Source of the DNA: Eledone cirrhosa
Taxonomy: Eukaryota
Direction: 5' to 3'
Assembly: GCA_964016885.1 (NCBI GenBank)
Contig: OZ024742.1
Coordinates: 336,040,001 to 336,104,000 of the forward strand
Length of the DNA stretch: 64,000 nucleotides
Below, piece by piece: positions 13,582 to 28,382 of the stretch (the stretch's first letter is position 1; every line of letters starts with the position of its first letter). A model generated the notes under the pieces. The model did not search any database. It worked only from the letters and a program-made list of their open reading frames with translations, and was not told where the DNA came from. Both the position numbers and the translations under genes were made by a program.

Positions 13582-14375
13582 TGTATGTATGTATGTATGT
13601 ATGTATGTATGTATGTATGTATGTATGTATGTATGTATAGAAACCTCGTACCTCTGTCGACTCTGGATTCTATTACCTAAAGTGCAGCTGGTTATTCTTT
13701 TCTAATAGTTATGTCTTACACCAAAGTTATTAGATCAACAGGGCATGTATGTAGGGACTAAATAGTTAATAAAATAATTAGGTCTCCGTGGTTTTCGATT
13801 ATGATTATTCACTTGTTCGATCCACTAAACAGCTTACTCATTGAATTAGTGGCTGAGTATTCCGCTCAGCGTGATTACAGTGTATGACATGGCTCGGCCT
13901 ACTGAATTAAGATACAATCCATCCAACAGGCGTCCGCAAGCTTCCATCAACATAGTTACACTCATTTTGCTCACAAGGCTTGGATCGGCCCAAGGCTTTG
14001 GTAAAAGACACTTGCCGAAGATGCCATTTTATGGGATTGACCCCGGGACCTCGTGATTGCGAACCGAAATTCTTAACAGAATGATTAAAAAAAAAAAAGA
14101 AAGGAAAACACACGCAGAGAAGCTGATAAAGATTTTGTGAGGCAGAAGGGACAAGTAGTGGCCTTGGCCGTTGTAAGCCCATCCAGGGTAGTGAGATTAA
14201 TACGGCTAATGATCAGTTTGAAGATTTGTATGGAAAATGTGGACAAGAAGCCTATATGTGGTCGCTCATACAGGGGTGACGGGGGCAGGGATGACGGCTG
14301 TCTCGAAGGAACTTGGGTGGAGGTGCAATGTAATTAGATTACGTGTATCAACATGAAAGATACACATGGGTATGT

Positions 14376-14645
14376 GAAGGTGCGTAGCTTAGTGGTTAGG
14401 GTGTTGGGCTCACGAGCATAAAGTCGAGCATTCGATTCACAGACCGAGCTGCGCGTTGTATTCTTGAGCAAGACACTTTAGTTCATTCAAGTTGAAAAAA
14501 AAAATGAGTAGGGCTAGACTTGTTACACACAATGTCACGTTGAATCTCCCCGAGAACTACGTAAAGGGTGCAGATATTTGTGATATGCTCAGCTATTTGT
14601 ATGTTACTTCTCTTGTCGAATGTTCAGTTGATTGAATGGCTGTAT
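14376..14645 (+). mobile_element. tRNA-derived SINE family B
   Basis: A-box tagcttagtggttag, B-box ttcgattc and cttgagcaagacacttt core. Related copies at 27834-28135, 30470-30768(-), 38998-39232(-) and 49700-49998(-). Confidence 0.75.
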
Positions 14646-16121
14646 GCTGGTCGTCGAAACCGATAGAGGATTCGCCACGATAGATGCCCTTAAGGTTTTT
14701 GTCTGCAAAACCATTAGTGATCATGGTGTGGTTCCGAATGTTAATTTGATAACATTTGAATTTTAATACCAAAACATTCTGCACGTGTGAGGGGGAAGGG
14801 GCTTTTAGTGGACTTCACAACCCGTGACCCAGACTGAATGCAAACATTCGGTCTAGGTCATCGGTTTATGATGGTATTGTGTTGGGAGTTAATATTGAAG
14901 GAATTAGTTGCTATTTCTAGTATATTGAATGACTACGTGCAGGATTGCCGCCCACGTTTTCTTCTCGAGGCGTCGACATAACTAAGTAAAATAAAGGGCC
15001 CTTAAATCTTGAATGAGTTGTCAGGTTGTCGGCCCGATACACGACGTATCTTGGGAAATTAAAAACCTGGTGAGACCCTTCCCTCTTTATATCAGAACAC
15101 AGCAAATGTCTTCCAAACGACACAGAGAGAGAAACTGATAAAGAGAAATAAGGGAAGAACCAATTCCAGTACTGGATTGGTACTTTATTTATCGGCACCG
15201 AAAAAATGAAAGGCAAAGTTGACCTAGGCAGAATTGGAACTCAGAGCCCAATGAGCCGGAACGATTCTGCCAATTACCCACCTTACATAGATTATCAAAC
15301 CGAACATAGACCGTATTATACAAAGAGCCTGCGAGGGTCAAGACCACTGACCCTTCCTCTTCACTAAATTTGTCTTGAAGGCCACTGGAAATAACCACGG
15401 ACATTATTCTTCCTGACTAAACGGCGGAGGTGGAACTAGGGAGGAGGGGCTAAACAATGCAACTTGATTAAAAAGCAGTTTTTAACTTAATGACATGGGG
15501 ATTCTGTATGTGGTAACTCACCTACTAGAAATAGCAGCCACATCTCAAATCACTCATTGCCCTCGTAAGCACGATTAGGGTTGACCTGGGGCTAAACAAC
15601 ATAAACAATGAATGCGCTGTAGGTAGAGGGAGCCATTACGGAGTCGCATTACCTGTTAGAAATAACAACCAAATCGCCATTAAAGTTTACCATAAGACCT
15701 TAAAGAAAGAATTTACAGATGCTTCACAACATCTGAATAATATAAGAAAAACGGGTTCGCTATGGCTGGAATATCTGTGATGTTGATAGGTTTGCTGCAT
15801 CACTTTCACCTGGAGTCAACAATAATACTAACAACATCAATTGCGGTGTGCTAAGTTAAATGTCTAAAAATTCTCGTTACCACATTTCTAATTAAAATAA
15901 ATAAAAATTTGAAAGGATTTAGTAATATCTTCAACTTCCTCATTATTCCGCTGGTATTTGGAACATAATTTATACATTCTTACATAAAATTATGATGGAA
16001 GGTTTAAAGTAAACAATTGTGTATTGTAGAATCAGGGGTGACTTCAAAAGGTTTGGTAATAAATGGGTTAAGTAAGAAATGATGATTATTTTTTCTCTTT
16101 CTTTCGACATTTTCTTCATCT

Positions 16122-16325
16122 TTAGGGCACAAGGCCAGCGATTTTGAGGGGAGGGAAAAGTAGATGGGGTCAACTCCAGTACTTGACTGGTACTTTATTT
16201 TCTCAACCTCCTCGAAAGGATGAATGGCTAAGTTAAACGCGGCGGGATTTGAAATCATAACGTAAAGCGTCGAAACAAACAGCGCTAAGCACGCATTGTG
16301 TCCAACGCTCTTATGATACTGCCAA
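16122..16325 (-). mobile_element. SINE family A copy
   Basis: Reverse complement of the family A consensus (ggcacaaggccagc...tggtacttt...aggatgaa..ggc...gggatttgaa). Confidence 0.75.
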
Positions 16326-17074
16326 AACAAAAACAACCGCTATTCTTCTTCTTCTTCTTCTTCTTCTTCTTCTTCTTCTTCTTCTTCTTCTTCTTCTTCC
16401 AGTAATGACATTAATTAAACAATTTTGATTGACAAATTGAAATAATTTTCAGCAATTATTTATATTTTTGTCAATCATTTAATGAACTATTTTGTAGAAT
16501 AAAAAGAAAAAAAGTACACCAAAAAATTATTTATTTATTACAAAATAAATTAATCTATAGCAATTGTTGCCCTATACTTGTTTTAGGTTTTGTTGGCCAA
16601 CAGTTAATTTATAGCGATTATCTGTCTCTATCTATACCTATCTATCTATACCTATCTGTATTAGACGTCAATAACGACTGTTCTCGAATCCAAATAATTT
16701 ATTATGTTCAGTTCGGAATACTACCATCCCTAAGTCCAGTAACGCTTCAATAGATTCTCGATTTTATTATTTGAAGGAATTGATTGTAAAAATGATTGTT
16801 CGCGCGCTTTACATCAGATAGCAGAAGATCACAATAATACAGTTATAACCGATAAATATCGTAAATACCAGATTTTTAAAATCATTCAACGGTTAACTTG
16901 TGGTAAATTTCATTGTTTATTTTACGTGTGATACTTTTTTGATTTGTATATTGCTATTAATAAAGCTTCTGTAGTTAATCACTTTTGCGCGTCCGCGCGC
17001 TTCGAATGTGATTTAGTATGTTTGTACTGTTAACAAATGTTTTTTTTCTCTGAAACTATATTTCATGTACGTTA

Positions 17075-17250
17075 TTATAAGTAGAGAGTCGGACACCCTG
17101 CTTTGAAGCATAGAGTTACGTCCCTTTATGATCTGAGTTCAAATCCCGCCGAGGTTAACTTTGCCTTTTATCCTTACGGGTCGATAAAATAAAGTACCAG
17201 TAATGTACTGAGTAATTGCTGGCCTTGTGCCTAAAATAGAAACAGTTTTT
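17075..17250 (+). mobile_element. SINE family A copy
   Basis: gagttcaaatcccgccgaggttaactttgcctttt-atccttacgggtcgataaaataaagtaccag. Confidence 0.85.
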
Positions 17251-17869
17251 ATAATGCATTGTAGTGATGGCTCTTTCTTGTAAATGTTTGTATATATGTA
17301 TATATACACACACACATGTATATATAAATATGAATGAATGTATGTATATATATATATATATATATAGAAACGGATTCTAGTGATTTCCTTCGAATGAAAC
17401 ATGTTTGAGTACCTTACCTACTGTGGTTACCCCCGATTGAACCCGGGATACACACACACATACACACATTATTCAAAACCTTCAAATCTGAGTCTGCGTG
17501 AGAAGCTACTCGAAATTTCTCGTTCATGTGACTCCGCAAACTTAGCTTTGAATAATTTTACTACATTCTACATAACATTGTTGAATGCTTTTACACTTAA
17601 TTACACATCTCACTTGTGTAAAACCCTGGTGTACTCTCTTTATATATATGTATATATATATATATATATAATATACACACATATATATATATATATAAAT
17701 ACACACACACACATATATATATATATGTGTGTGTGTGTCTGTGTGTGCGCGCACATGTGCGAGAGTTTGTCTGTGTTTCCAGACATGGAAAAATAAGTAA
17801 ATTCAGGCGGTGCTCCAGCATGGCCTCAGTCTACTGACTGAAAACAGTAAAATAATAAATGAACATTAA

Positions 17870-17907
<38 letters not shown>

Positions 17908-17915
<8 letters not shown>

Positions 17916-18412
17916 TTGAAAATATTAATAAATATAGACATTCATGTGATCAAATATATTTTATTATATATATTTCAGAGGTACTGTGCTGTTTCCTCAT
18001 TACGTCCTCATCAGATAAAATAAATTGATGTCTGACATACCTCAACTGTGCTGATGGTTCAATTCCAGTCGTTTCCTCAGTACGTCCTCATCAGATAAAT
18101 AAATTGATGTCTGACATACCTCAACTGTGCTGATGGTTCAATTCCAGTCTTGGCAAGACTGGAATTGAACCATCAGCACAGTTGAGGTATGTCAGACATC
18201 AATTTATTTTATCTGATGAGGACGTAATAAGGAAACAGCACAGTACCTCTGAAATATATATAATAAAATATATTTGATCACATGAATGTCTATATTTATT
18301 AATATTTTCAATTAATATTAATAACTCCGGAAAACTTAACTGCTGAGTGCTTCTAATCTATTGTAAAACTATATACATTGATTAATCAATGAACCTTATT
18401 TAACTTTTGGTT
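17908..18412. mobile_element. Foldback with a hammerhead on each arm plus a unique 3' tail, in (TA)n
   Basis: Centre ~18152. HHR(+) 18205-18270: tattttat-CTGATGA-gga..tct-GAAA-tatata-TA^ataaaata. HHR(-) 17957-18022. Extra partial repeat at 18071-18150. Confidence 0.9.
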
Positions 18413-18946
18413 ATATATATACCGAACTGGGATCTTTAACCCTGGTTGTGATATTATTACCGTATCTCTCTGACTGGCTCCGATTTAATGTTACAGTTGT
18501 TGATGTTCTTATTTCATTTCCTTCCACTCCGGAACGGGTGCAAGAGTATCACGATAACATCACAATGACACATATACAAACACACTCTCACTAACAGCCA
18601 TATAGAGATATGCACGCAGAGGCATAGATACACCAGCAAACACATACAGACATACATAGATACTCACGCTTTTCACTCTCTCCCATACATACACATACTC
18701 TCTCTCTCTTTTACATATCTACATAGAGGTACACGCACGCACACGCTCTCTCTCTCTCAAATACACACACACAAAGTCACATACGCATAGACACGCATGC
18801 ATACACAGAATACACATATAATCAGATAGATTAACGCACATATACTCAAATAGACAGATACACATACACTCAGATACAGAAACACATATACACACAGACA
18901 CACATACATTGAACAACATCGACACTATCCACACATACCTACTGAT

Positions 18947-19025
<79 letters not shown>

Positions 19026-19372
19026 GATATGACGAGAGGAACACAATTCTGTTAAAGTATTGAGAACAAATATTTCCCTCCTATATGGTCAAGAATAATG
19101 GCGAACTAGCATAGTCGTGAGAACGCCGAATAGAACTCCTGCTGTATTCATTTCGGCTCTCTGTGCTGAGTTTAAATCTCGACTAGGTGAACTTCACATA
19201 TTTTTCAAATAGGGGCTATTGAGTACCAGTAAAGGACTCGGTTGGTTACTATTTTTTTTTTCGTTACTGATAATCTGTTACGTTGTACTTACTGTTGAAT
19301 GGGTCATGGGAGTTATTTTGTTTTGTTTTTTCTCCAGTTAACCGATTAGACAGCAACGTCCTTCACCTCCCC

Positions 19373-19423
<51 letters not shown>

Positions 19424-19486
19424 ATACTTTGGTCATGTTGCCAACAAATTCAGAAACGAAATATATATATATATATATATATGAAA

Positions 19487-19636
19487 ATGTCGTTTCGACG
19501 GCTATTTCTGGACTGTTTGAGAAATAGCCGTCGAAATGGCTTGAGCTCTGCCGTCGAGGTCATATATATTCCTATTACCCACTCTACTACCCTAAGTATT
19601 GAGTACACTGGTGCGTTATCGTCCATCTGGTTCCTT
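19487..19636 (+). mobile_element. GCCGTCGAAACGGC family copy with short 5' inversion
   Basis: tttcgacggctatttc is inverted against gaaatagccgtcgaaa. Same tail, TA-flanked. Confidence 0.8.
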
Positions 19637-19649
19637 ACAACACCTCCTT

Positions 19650-19702
<53 letters not shown>

Positions 19703-19705
<3 letters not shown>

Positions 19706-20052
19706 GATATTAAACAAATGGAAATTACATTTATAAAACCATATTTATTTCATTATATATATTTCAGGGATATTATATTAAAAATATGGTATGCCCTCTT
19801 CAGACAAAATACAATATATAGACAGTTTTATAAATATATTTGACATACCTTAGAGTTTACAACTTCCATTTAAAAAGTTGTTACGCTTGTTTAATATGAT
19901 ATCCCTGAAATATATATAATGAAATAAATATGGTTTTATAAATGTAATTTCCATTTGTTTAATATCGTAAAATACTCCAAAACTTGTTGAGTGCTTTTAT
20001 ATCAGTTATAAAATATTTACTCGTTGTAACCCAACATTTTAAATAAAACTTT

Positions 20053-20055
<3 letters not shown>
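19703..20055. mobile_element. Partial foldback with an intact minus-strand hammerhead, in (TA)n
   Basis: 19703-19782 is inverted at 19890-19969. HHR(-) 19746-19812: tattttgt-CTGAAGA-ggg..cct-GAAA-tatata-TA^atgaaata. Confidence 0.85.
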
Positions 20056-20109
<54 letters not shown>

Positions 20110-20182
20110 TTTAGGTGTTTTAACTTCTCCACCTACCTCTTTCCAATTTTTATATTGTTTTTGTCAAAAACGATATTTTTTT

Positions 20183-20220
<38 letters not shown>

Positions 20221-20244
20221 CACATTATATATATATACACACAT

Positions 20245-20280
<36 letters not shown>

Positions 20281-20562
20281 CATTATATATATATATATAC
20301 ATTATATATATATATATATATACATTATATATATATATATACATTATATATATATATATATACATTATATATATATATATATACATTATATATATATATA
20401 TATACATTATATATATATATATATATACATTATATATATATATATACATTATATATATATACATTATATATATATATATATACATTTTATATATATATAT
20501 ATATATACATATACATTATATATATATATATATATATACATTATATATATATATATACATAC

Positions 20563-20614
<52 letters not shown>

Positions 20615-20859
20615 TATATATATATATACATTATATATAAATGCATTATGTATATAAATGAAAGGTATAGAAATTACTATGAGCAAGAAGCACACAGTAT
20701 TTCATAATATATATATTATAGATATATAATATATATATTATATATATATATATATATAATATATATATTATATACATTATATATATATATTTATACATTA
20801 TATATATATATAGATATATAATATATATATTATATATATTATATACATTTTATATATAT

Positions 20860-20909
<50 letters not shown>

Positions 20910-20931
20910 TATACACATTTTATATATATAT

Positions 20932-21055
<124 letters not shown>

Positions 21056-21056
21056 A

Positions 21057-21577
<521 letters not shown>

Positions 21578-21683
21578 ATGTATATATATATATATATAAT
21601 ATATATTTGTTTTGCAATATTCTGACAATATAACAATATGACCCTTCGCAAGTATAACAATATATATATATATATATATATAT

Positions 21684-21739
<56 letters not shown>

Positions 21740-22448
21740 GCCTTTCAATCCTTTCAATGTTGTTGATAAAAAAAGGTATCAGTCTTGTACTGAGGTGGAC
21801 TTTTCCTCTATATCTCATTTCCTCTCTAGCACTTACTTTCTCTTTCTCTTTCGCTAGAAGAAATCAAATCGACTATGTTCAAACGTGGAAAGGGATGAGC
21901 GCCTCCACGGCTCCATCAGAAGTTACGGGTCCATACGTACATACATACATTTATATAGTGAAAATAAAAACGGTGAACGAATTAAGGATGGAGCCTCCGT
22001 TACATAGATCGGGTAACCTTCTAGAAATAACAGCCAAATTTTCCGAAAATCATACTATGTTGTCATGTGGATTCGTAGAATCGTTTAGAGTGATGGGCAA
22101 AATGGATGCAACATTTCATGACAGTTCTTTAAGGGTTCATTATAATAAGTACCAGTAAGTTACTGGGGTCTGCTTTAATATATTCCATATACTTATAAAA
22201 CATATTTTACTTGTTTTAAGACAGATTTCACTAATTTACTTGCCATTAGACTGCGAACATGCTGGGTCACCGTCTTAAAGGGATATCAACGATCATATCA
22301 TCACCAGTATATATATTGTTACAAGTCAGGAACTTATTTTATCAATTTCTTTTTGTCGAACCGTTAAGTTATGGGGCATAAACAATAAGCGTAAACACAC
22401 ACATACGTACGACTAGCTTCTACACAAGTTTCATTCAAAAGAAATTGG

Positions 22449-22746
22449 TCACTGAATTGTCTGTTGTTTCCCGCCTTCTAAAGGATGTATTCAAGACCAC
22501 ATTATCAAAATCTGATTTTTTTTAGTGGTTGGGGGGGGGGGGGGGGTAGTGATATTCATAACCGACTGATATACTGTCATTTATCTACAATTAAAGCGTG
22601 TGTAAGCACACGCTTTAATTGTAGATAAATTAATTTTAATTATCAGTCGGTTATGAATATCACTAAGAAAAAAAAAAAAATCATATTTTATAATGTGGTC
22701 TTGAATACATCCTTTAGAAGGCGGGAAACAACAGACAATTCAGTGA
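22449..22746. repeat. About 300-bp imperfect palindrome (MITE-like foldback), no hammerhead core seen
   Basis: cactgaattgtctgttgtttcccgccttctaaaggatgtattcaagaccacattat is inverted at 22690-22746. Inner arms meet near 22604. Confidence 0.8.
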
Positions 22747-23097
22747 ACACTGTCACGTGGGTAGTTCAGTTCATTGACACCTCTCCTTTGCAGTATCTTC
22801 GTCCTCTGTCTTTCGTGTTCTTCTGTCTTCTATTTACCGTTGACGTCTTATTCTTTGCCTTCTCCCTTTCTTGTTCTAATTCCTTTTTTTTTCACCTTAT
22901 TATTCACTACCCCACCCACCTTACCTCTATATCCACACTCACTAACACAATCTTCAAGCTTGGGTTGACTCAAGGGTAAATGACACATGAAGTTGCCAGC
23001 CGAGTGGATCTACTGAATCATTCGGCCATGCTGTATCCACATAGACTTAGATATATTATTTATACTAAAATACACATATGCACACATATATACATAT

Positions 23098-23208
<111 letters not shown>

Positions 23209-23248
23209 CTTCGTTTTTGTATTTGTTTTGTAAGATTTATTATCTGAG

Positions 23249-23430
23249 TGAATTGGCAGTATCGGTAGAGGGTCAGACATGCTTTCCAGCGTAGTTACGT
23301 GCCTTTACAATCTGAGTTCAAATCCCGCCGAGGTTAACTTTGCCTTTCATCCTTACGGGGTCGATAAAATAAAGTACCAGTAATACACTGGGCAATTGTT
23401 GGCCTTGTGCCAAAAGTAGAAACAATTATC
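23249..23430 (+). mobile_element. SINE family A full copy (tRNA-like head, Nin/Inv-like central domain)
   Basis: tggcagtatcggtaga (A box), gagttcaaatccc (B box), gcctttcatccttacggggtcgataaaataaagtaccag core. Confidence 0.88.
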
Positions 23431-23657
23431 TGAAAACATATGTTGAAGCAGATACTGTTATACTTTGGGAGGGTCACGTTGACAATAAAACCACATGCAC
23501 CTGTTGGTTTTCACTTCAATTTATTATGAACTTCCAGTTGGTTAGTTATGTATCCAGATGGTTGTTTATTTGTTTATTGTCAAAGCTCTTTCATCACACA
23601 TTCTGTGACCACCTTAGTGACTAATTTGTTATTTCGTGTCTCACCTTTGTTCTGCCC

Positions 23658-23711
<54 letters not shown>

Positions 23712-23842
23712 TGAGAGAGAGAGAGAGTTTAAGTTTGTATCCCACAACCTAGCAATTCTACATACAAATCTATACTGGGGTCAATATGACCGACTAAATT
23801 AAGACGGGGCCCCAAGATGGAAACGAGTAAAAAAAAATAAAG

Positions 23843-23909
<67 letters not shown>

Positions 23910-23937
23910 CACACACACATTTATATATATATATATA

Positions 23938-24140
23938 TAGAGAAAAAGAGATGAAATCGAAAATGCAACTGCAGTCTTATTTTTAAAAAAAATATATATA
24001 TTTATTTGGTTCCTTTACCGGTTTCGGTAAAATAAGACTCCAGTTGCATTTTCGATTTCATCTCTTTTTCTTTATACTTTCACTCGTGTAGGACACCTCG
24101 GTTATTTTTCAATTTGTAAAAAAAACCTCACTTTCTAATA
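23938..24140. mobile_element. TA-flanked foldback with unique tail; contains GAAACCGGTA (hammerhead 3' half) on minus strand
   Basis: agaaaaagagatgaaatcgaaaatgcaactg.agtcttatttt is inverted at 24029-24071. taccggtttc lies at ~24016-24025. Confidence 0.65.
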
Positions 24141-24179
24141 TATATATTGGAAGATGTGTGAAGTCTTTCCTACCGACGA

Positions 24180-24345
24180 ATGCGAGAAAGGTCTCCAGCA
24201 AAGTTAACCAGGAATCTTTAAAAATCTCCCCATCGACGTTAAAAAAGAACTTACTAGATCTACACAACCAAATTGTAAAATTATAATATCATAAAATTAA
24301 ATTAAATTGATTAGAACTACAATTGAAGTCATTCTTTTCCTTTTT
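24180..24345 (+). repeat. Dispersed repeat; second copy at 58735-58910
   Basis: Shared aaagttaaccaggaatctttaaaaa...agatctac..aaccaaatt...agaactacaa.tgaagtcattcttt, both followed by (TA)n. Confidence 0.75.
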
Positions 24346-24346
24346 T

Positions 24347-24399
<53 letters not shown>

Positions 24400-24474
24400 G
24401 AGAGGTATAGAGATTGTTTTAGCAAGAAGCTAACGGCATTCTATAACATATATGCGACTATAACGTCAAGATGG

Positions 24475-24862
24475 GAATATTTCGTTTCTGAATTTGTTTA
24501 GCAAGATTCTTTATCTGAAAACGTGTGTTGAAACCGATATTGTTATACTTTGGGAGGGTCATGTTGCCAATAAGAAACACACGCACCAGTTGGATTCACG
24601 TAGGAAAGAACAAAGGAGAGGCACAAAAAAAGAAAAGAATCCCCAGTCACTGAAGAGGTCACAGAATGTGTGACGAAAGAACTTTGACGATATATGAACA
24701 ACCGTCCGGTTGTGGAACCAGCCAATCAACCAACCGGAAATTTATAAATTAAAAAAAAAAATTTTTTTAAATATTTTTTAATTTATAATAAATTTGAGTG
24801 AAAGTTACTGGTGCGTGTGTTTCTTGTTGGCAACATGACCCTCCCAAAGTATAACAATATAT
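24475..24862. mobile_element. Family F (TA-associated) element with partial inversion and hammerhead-like motif
   Basis: 24538-24592 is inverted at 24808-24860. Motif at 24646-24688: gtca-CTGAAGA-g-gtcaca[gaatg]tgtgac-GAAA-gaac-TT^tgac. Other copies at 23428-23660, 40255-40572 and 48565-48965. Confidence 0.75.
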
Positions 24863-25314
24863 ATATATATATATAGTGAAAAATGGAACGTGAACAAAAC
24901 AGAGGCAGTACAAACAAAGGTTTATTAGTTTCACGCGTACATGTTTGTATGTAATTTATTCAAGAATATACTAATATACTCAAGCACAAATACATTTATA
25001 CGTGCCATATATACATACGTATACATACATATAGTCACCCACAGATTAGATTTCATGAAAGCACAGAGTATTGAGGAGGTGGTGATTCGTGTTAACATTG
25101 ATGTTAATAATAATGGTGGTGGTGGTGGTTGTAGTAGTAGATCTGTTGTATAACGAAAACAAATTTCTGTATTCATAGATATGCATAAAATTGCTTTGGT
25201 AAACAGACGAAATTTATGTATGCATGCATTTATTTATATACCCACATTGAAAACGTGTAGATACATACGTGTATGTATGCATGTATACATATACGTGATA
25301 TACATATATACGTG

Positions 25315-25404
<90 letters not shown>

Positions 25405-25454
25405 GTATGTATATGTTCATATATATATCTACACACATATATATATATATATAT

Positions 25455-25882
25455 ACAATATATTAATAAATGGAAACTATATTTATAAAACCATATTTAT
25501 TTTATTATATATATTTCAAGGGCAACCAAGGCAAATTATGGTGCGCTTTCATCAGATAAAATACAGATTTGTTTTATAAATAAATATTGACATACCCCGA
25601 TAAAAGACAACCTTAACGGTTGGAGCTTCCTGTTAAGGTTGTCTTTTTTCCGGGTATGTCAATATTTATTTATAAAACAAATCTTTATTTTATCTGATGA
25701 AAGCGCACCATAATTTGCCTTGGTTGCCCTTGAAATATATATAATAAAATAAATATGGTTTTATAAATATAGTTTCCATTTATTAATATATTGTGTATTT
25801 ACTCCACTAAACTGTTGAGTGCTTTATTTCAGTTATAAAAATGTTTAAGCTTGTTGAATCCCAACAAATTAAATATAACCTC

Positions 25883-25886
<4 letters not shown>
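25455..25886. mobile_element. Foldback (about 165-bp arms) with two hammerheads plus unique tail; sister of 19703-20055
   Basis: HHR(+) 25686-25751: tattttat-CTGATGA-aag..ctt-GAAA-tatata-TA^ataaaata. HHR(-) 25498-25563. Confidence 0.9.
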
Positions 25887-25936
<50 letters not shown>

Positions 25937-25939
<3 letters not shown>

Positions 25940-26052
25940 CGAAGGAATTGTGGTAAGGAACCAGATGGACCATAACGCACCAAAGTACTCGATACTTAGG
26001 GTACTAGAGTGGGTAATAGGAACAAGTATGACCCCGACGGCAGAGCTCTGCC

Positions 26053-26054
<2 letters not shown>
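25937..26054 (-). mobile_element. GCCGTCGAAACGGC family, 5'-truncated copy
   Basis: Reverse complement of the family tail. Truncated at the palindrome acggcagagctctgccgt, TA on both sides. Confidence 0.8.
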
Positions 26055-26093
<39 letters not shown>

Positions 26094-26172
26094 CATACAT
26101 ACATACATACGTACGTACGTACGTACGTACGTACGTACGTACGTACATACATACATACATACATACATACAT

Positions 26173-26277
<105 letters not shown>

Positions 26278-26415
26278 TATATATACAAACACACAAACAT
26301 AGACACACATCGCCAATGTCAACCAGACGTCTGTATTGCAGATCTGTTATCAACTTACTGTTTATATATATATATATACAGTTGATACTATTCACTATAT
26401 CATAAGACAAGACTG

Positions 26416-26496
<81 letters not shown>

Positions 26497-27833
26497 TTCT
26501 TAGCTCCATCATACACCTGTAATCACATGGCTTGCTAGAAATATTAGTCCTATCTCCCTCAGATTAAAACACTTAACCGCCTCGAAAAGAGACGGAGAGG
26601 AAGGATAATGAAATAGACGGGATTGTCACGGCTGGATGGTCTTTAATTATAGGTCTGCTTAATCAGGGCTCGTTGACTTGGTGTTAAACTTCTCTTTTGA
26701 CTCGACACATTTTAGAAATACATGACTATATATGTATTTGTATGTACAAACATGTACACACACATACACACACGCCCCCCCCCCCACATATATATATGCA
26801 AAAAGTAAATGGAAACCCCAAAGCAAACAACACAGTACAACGAAGAAATATATTAGTTTAACGCTTGATATATTAGGAAAAGTGTCTTTACGTTTCGGAC
26901 AGTAGTCTTTCATCAAGAATATATATTTGTTTATACAAACATACATACATATCGTGCTTACGTCCGGGTTTCTTATGCTTATAAGATTCAAACGAGTCTT
27001 CTCCAATAAGGCATCTCGCCACTTGACTCCTTTGCTCACTGCACCTAATTCCTCTTATAGCCAATTTTTTTTGTCTCACAGGCAATAATACTTCATCTTT
27101 CATGTAGATCGATGTCCATATAAGGATTTAAGGGGTCTACAAAAAAAAAGTAAATAGAAGGTCTACAGTAGTATTTTAGGGATCCTTGAAAAAAGTTGGT
27201 TCCAAAGAAAATATCTTAAGCTTTAGAAAAAAAAAAAAATTTAAATAAAATACAACAATTAACCAAAGCGGTTGGTAAAAAAATGATACTTGGCGAAAGC
27301 AATAACAACCCTAATCAGAATCTGTAGTGATGGGGTGTAAATGAATTTAGTTACATATTTACATACATACACATCCACTCACAAGAACATTGACTATATT
27401 TTTAGGTGTATGTGTGTGTGGTGGCGATTTGACTGGCATTGAGTGTACGTTAACATATACATACATAATACATACTTTATATATACACACATATACATAT
27501 GCATTTAGGTTTATGTGTGTATGTACACACACACACATATATATATGCATGCATATATGTGTAGGTATATTTTATTGAAAATGATAAGAAACTCATCCTA
27601 TTTTTCATAATTTGTGTACGTATGACTTGAACATTCATTTTCTATAGATTCTTCTTTAACTGCTAAAGTTTATGTACAATAAGTTGTTTATACTTCACCT
27701 ACTTCTACAATACACAAGATATTATAACAATTTTTTTATACAATTCCTAATATTGAAACATCAAATGGCTCTGGGGTTACACCAGAGCAAAAAAAAAATT
27801 GGTTGAGAATCACTGATGTAGTCCAACATTGTG

Positions 27834-28135
27834 AAGGCACGAGGCTTAGTGGTTAGGGTGTTTTGTCAATGATCGTAAAGATTTGAGTTTGATTCCCGGC
27901 AACGCGTTTAGTCCTTGAGCAAGACACTTTATTTCACGTTACTCCAGTCGATACAGTTAGCAAAGATGAGTTGCACCTATAATTCAAAGGGCTAAGCTTT
28001 TCATACACTGTGGTACGGTGAATCGTGCTGAGAACTACGTTAATGGTACACGTGTATTTGGTGTGTTCAACACATTAATTAAAGAACTGGCTGTTTCGTT
28101 GATCGAATGAATTGGAACACACATTGTCGGAACCA
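27834..28135 (+). mobile_element. SINE family B copy
   Basis: ggcttagtggttagggtg...gagtttgattccc...ccttgagcaagacacttt. Confidence 0.78.
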
Positions 28136-28382
28136 ACGTATATCTAACTCTCATACACACATGTACACAGACATAAGTTCACTCATATACATTAACACTG
28201 TACATCCAAACGAGCATGCTTGAGTTATCTTTTGTCAAGCATGATGGTGTTTGTTATGATGGTGCTAGTAAATACATTTCTCCGCACACCCCATTTTCAT
28301 TATCTGTCACTTTCACTGTATGTATGTATGTATGTATGTATGTATGTATGTATGTATGTATGTATGTATGTATGTATGTATG

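Noticed and set aside
14860-15430. Possible decayed coding fragment on minus strand
   Set aside because: No recognisable motif; interrupted by a SINE piece.
23249-23330. tRNA gene calls at SINE heads
   Set aside because: A/B boxes are present, but there is no cloverleaf and they are always attached to the SINE body.
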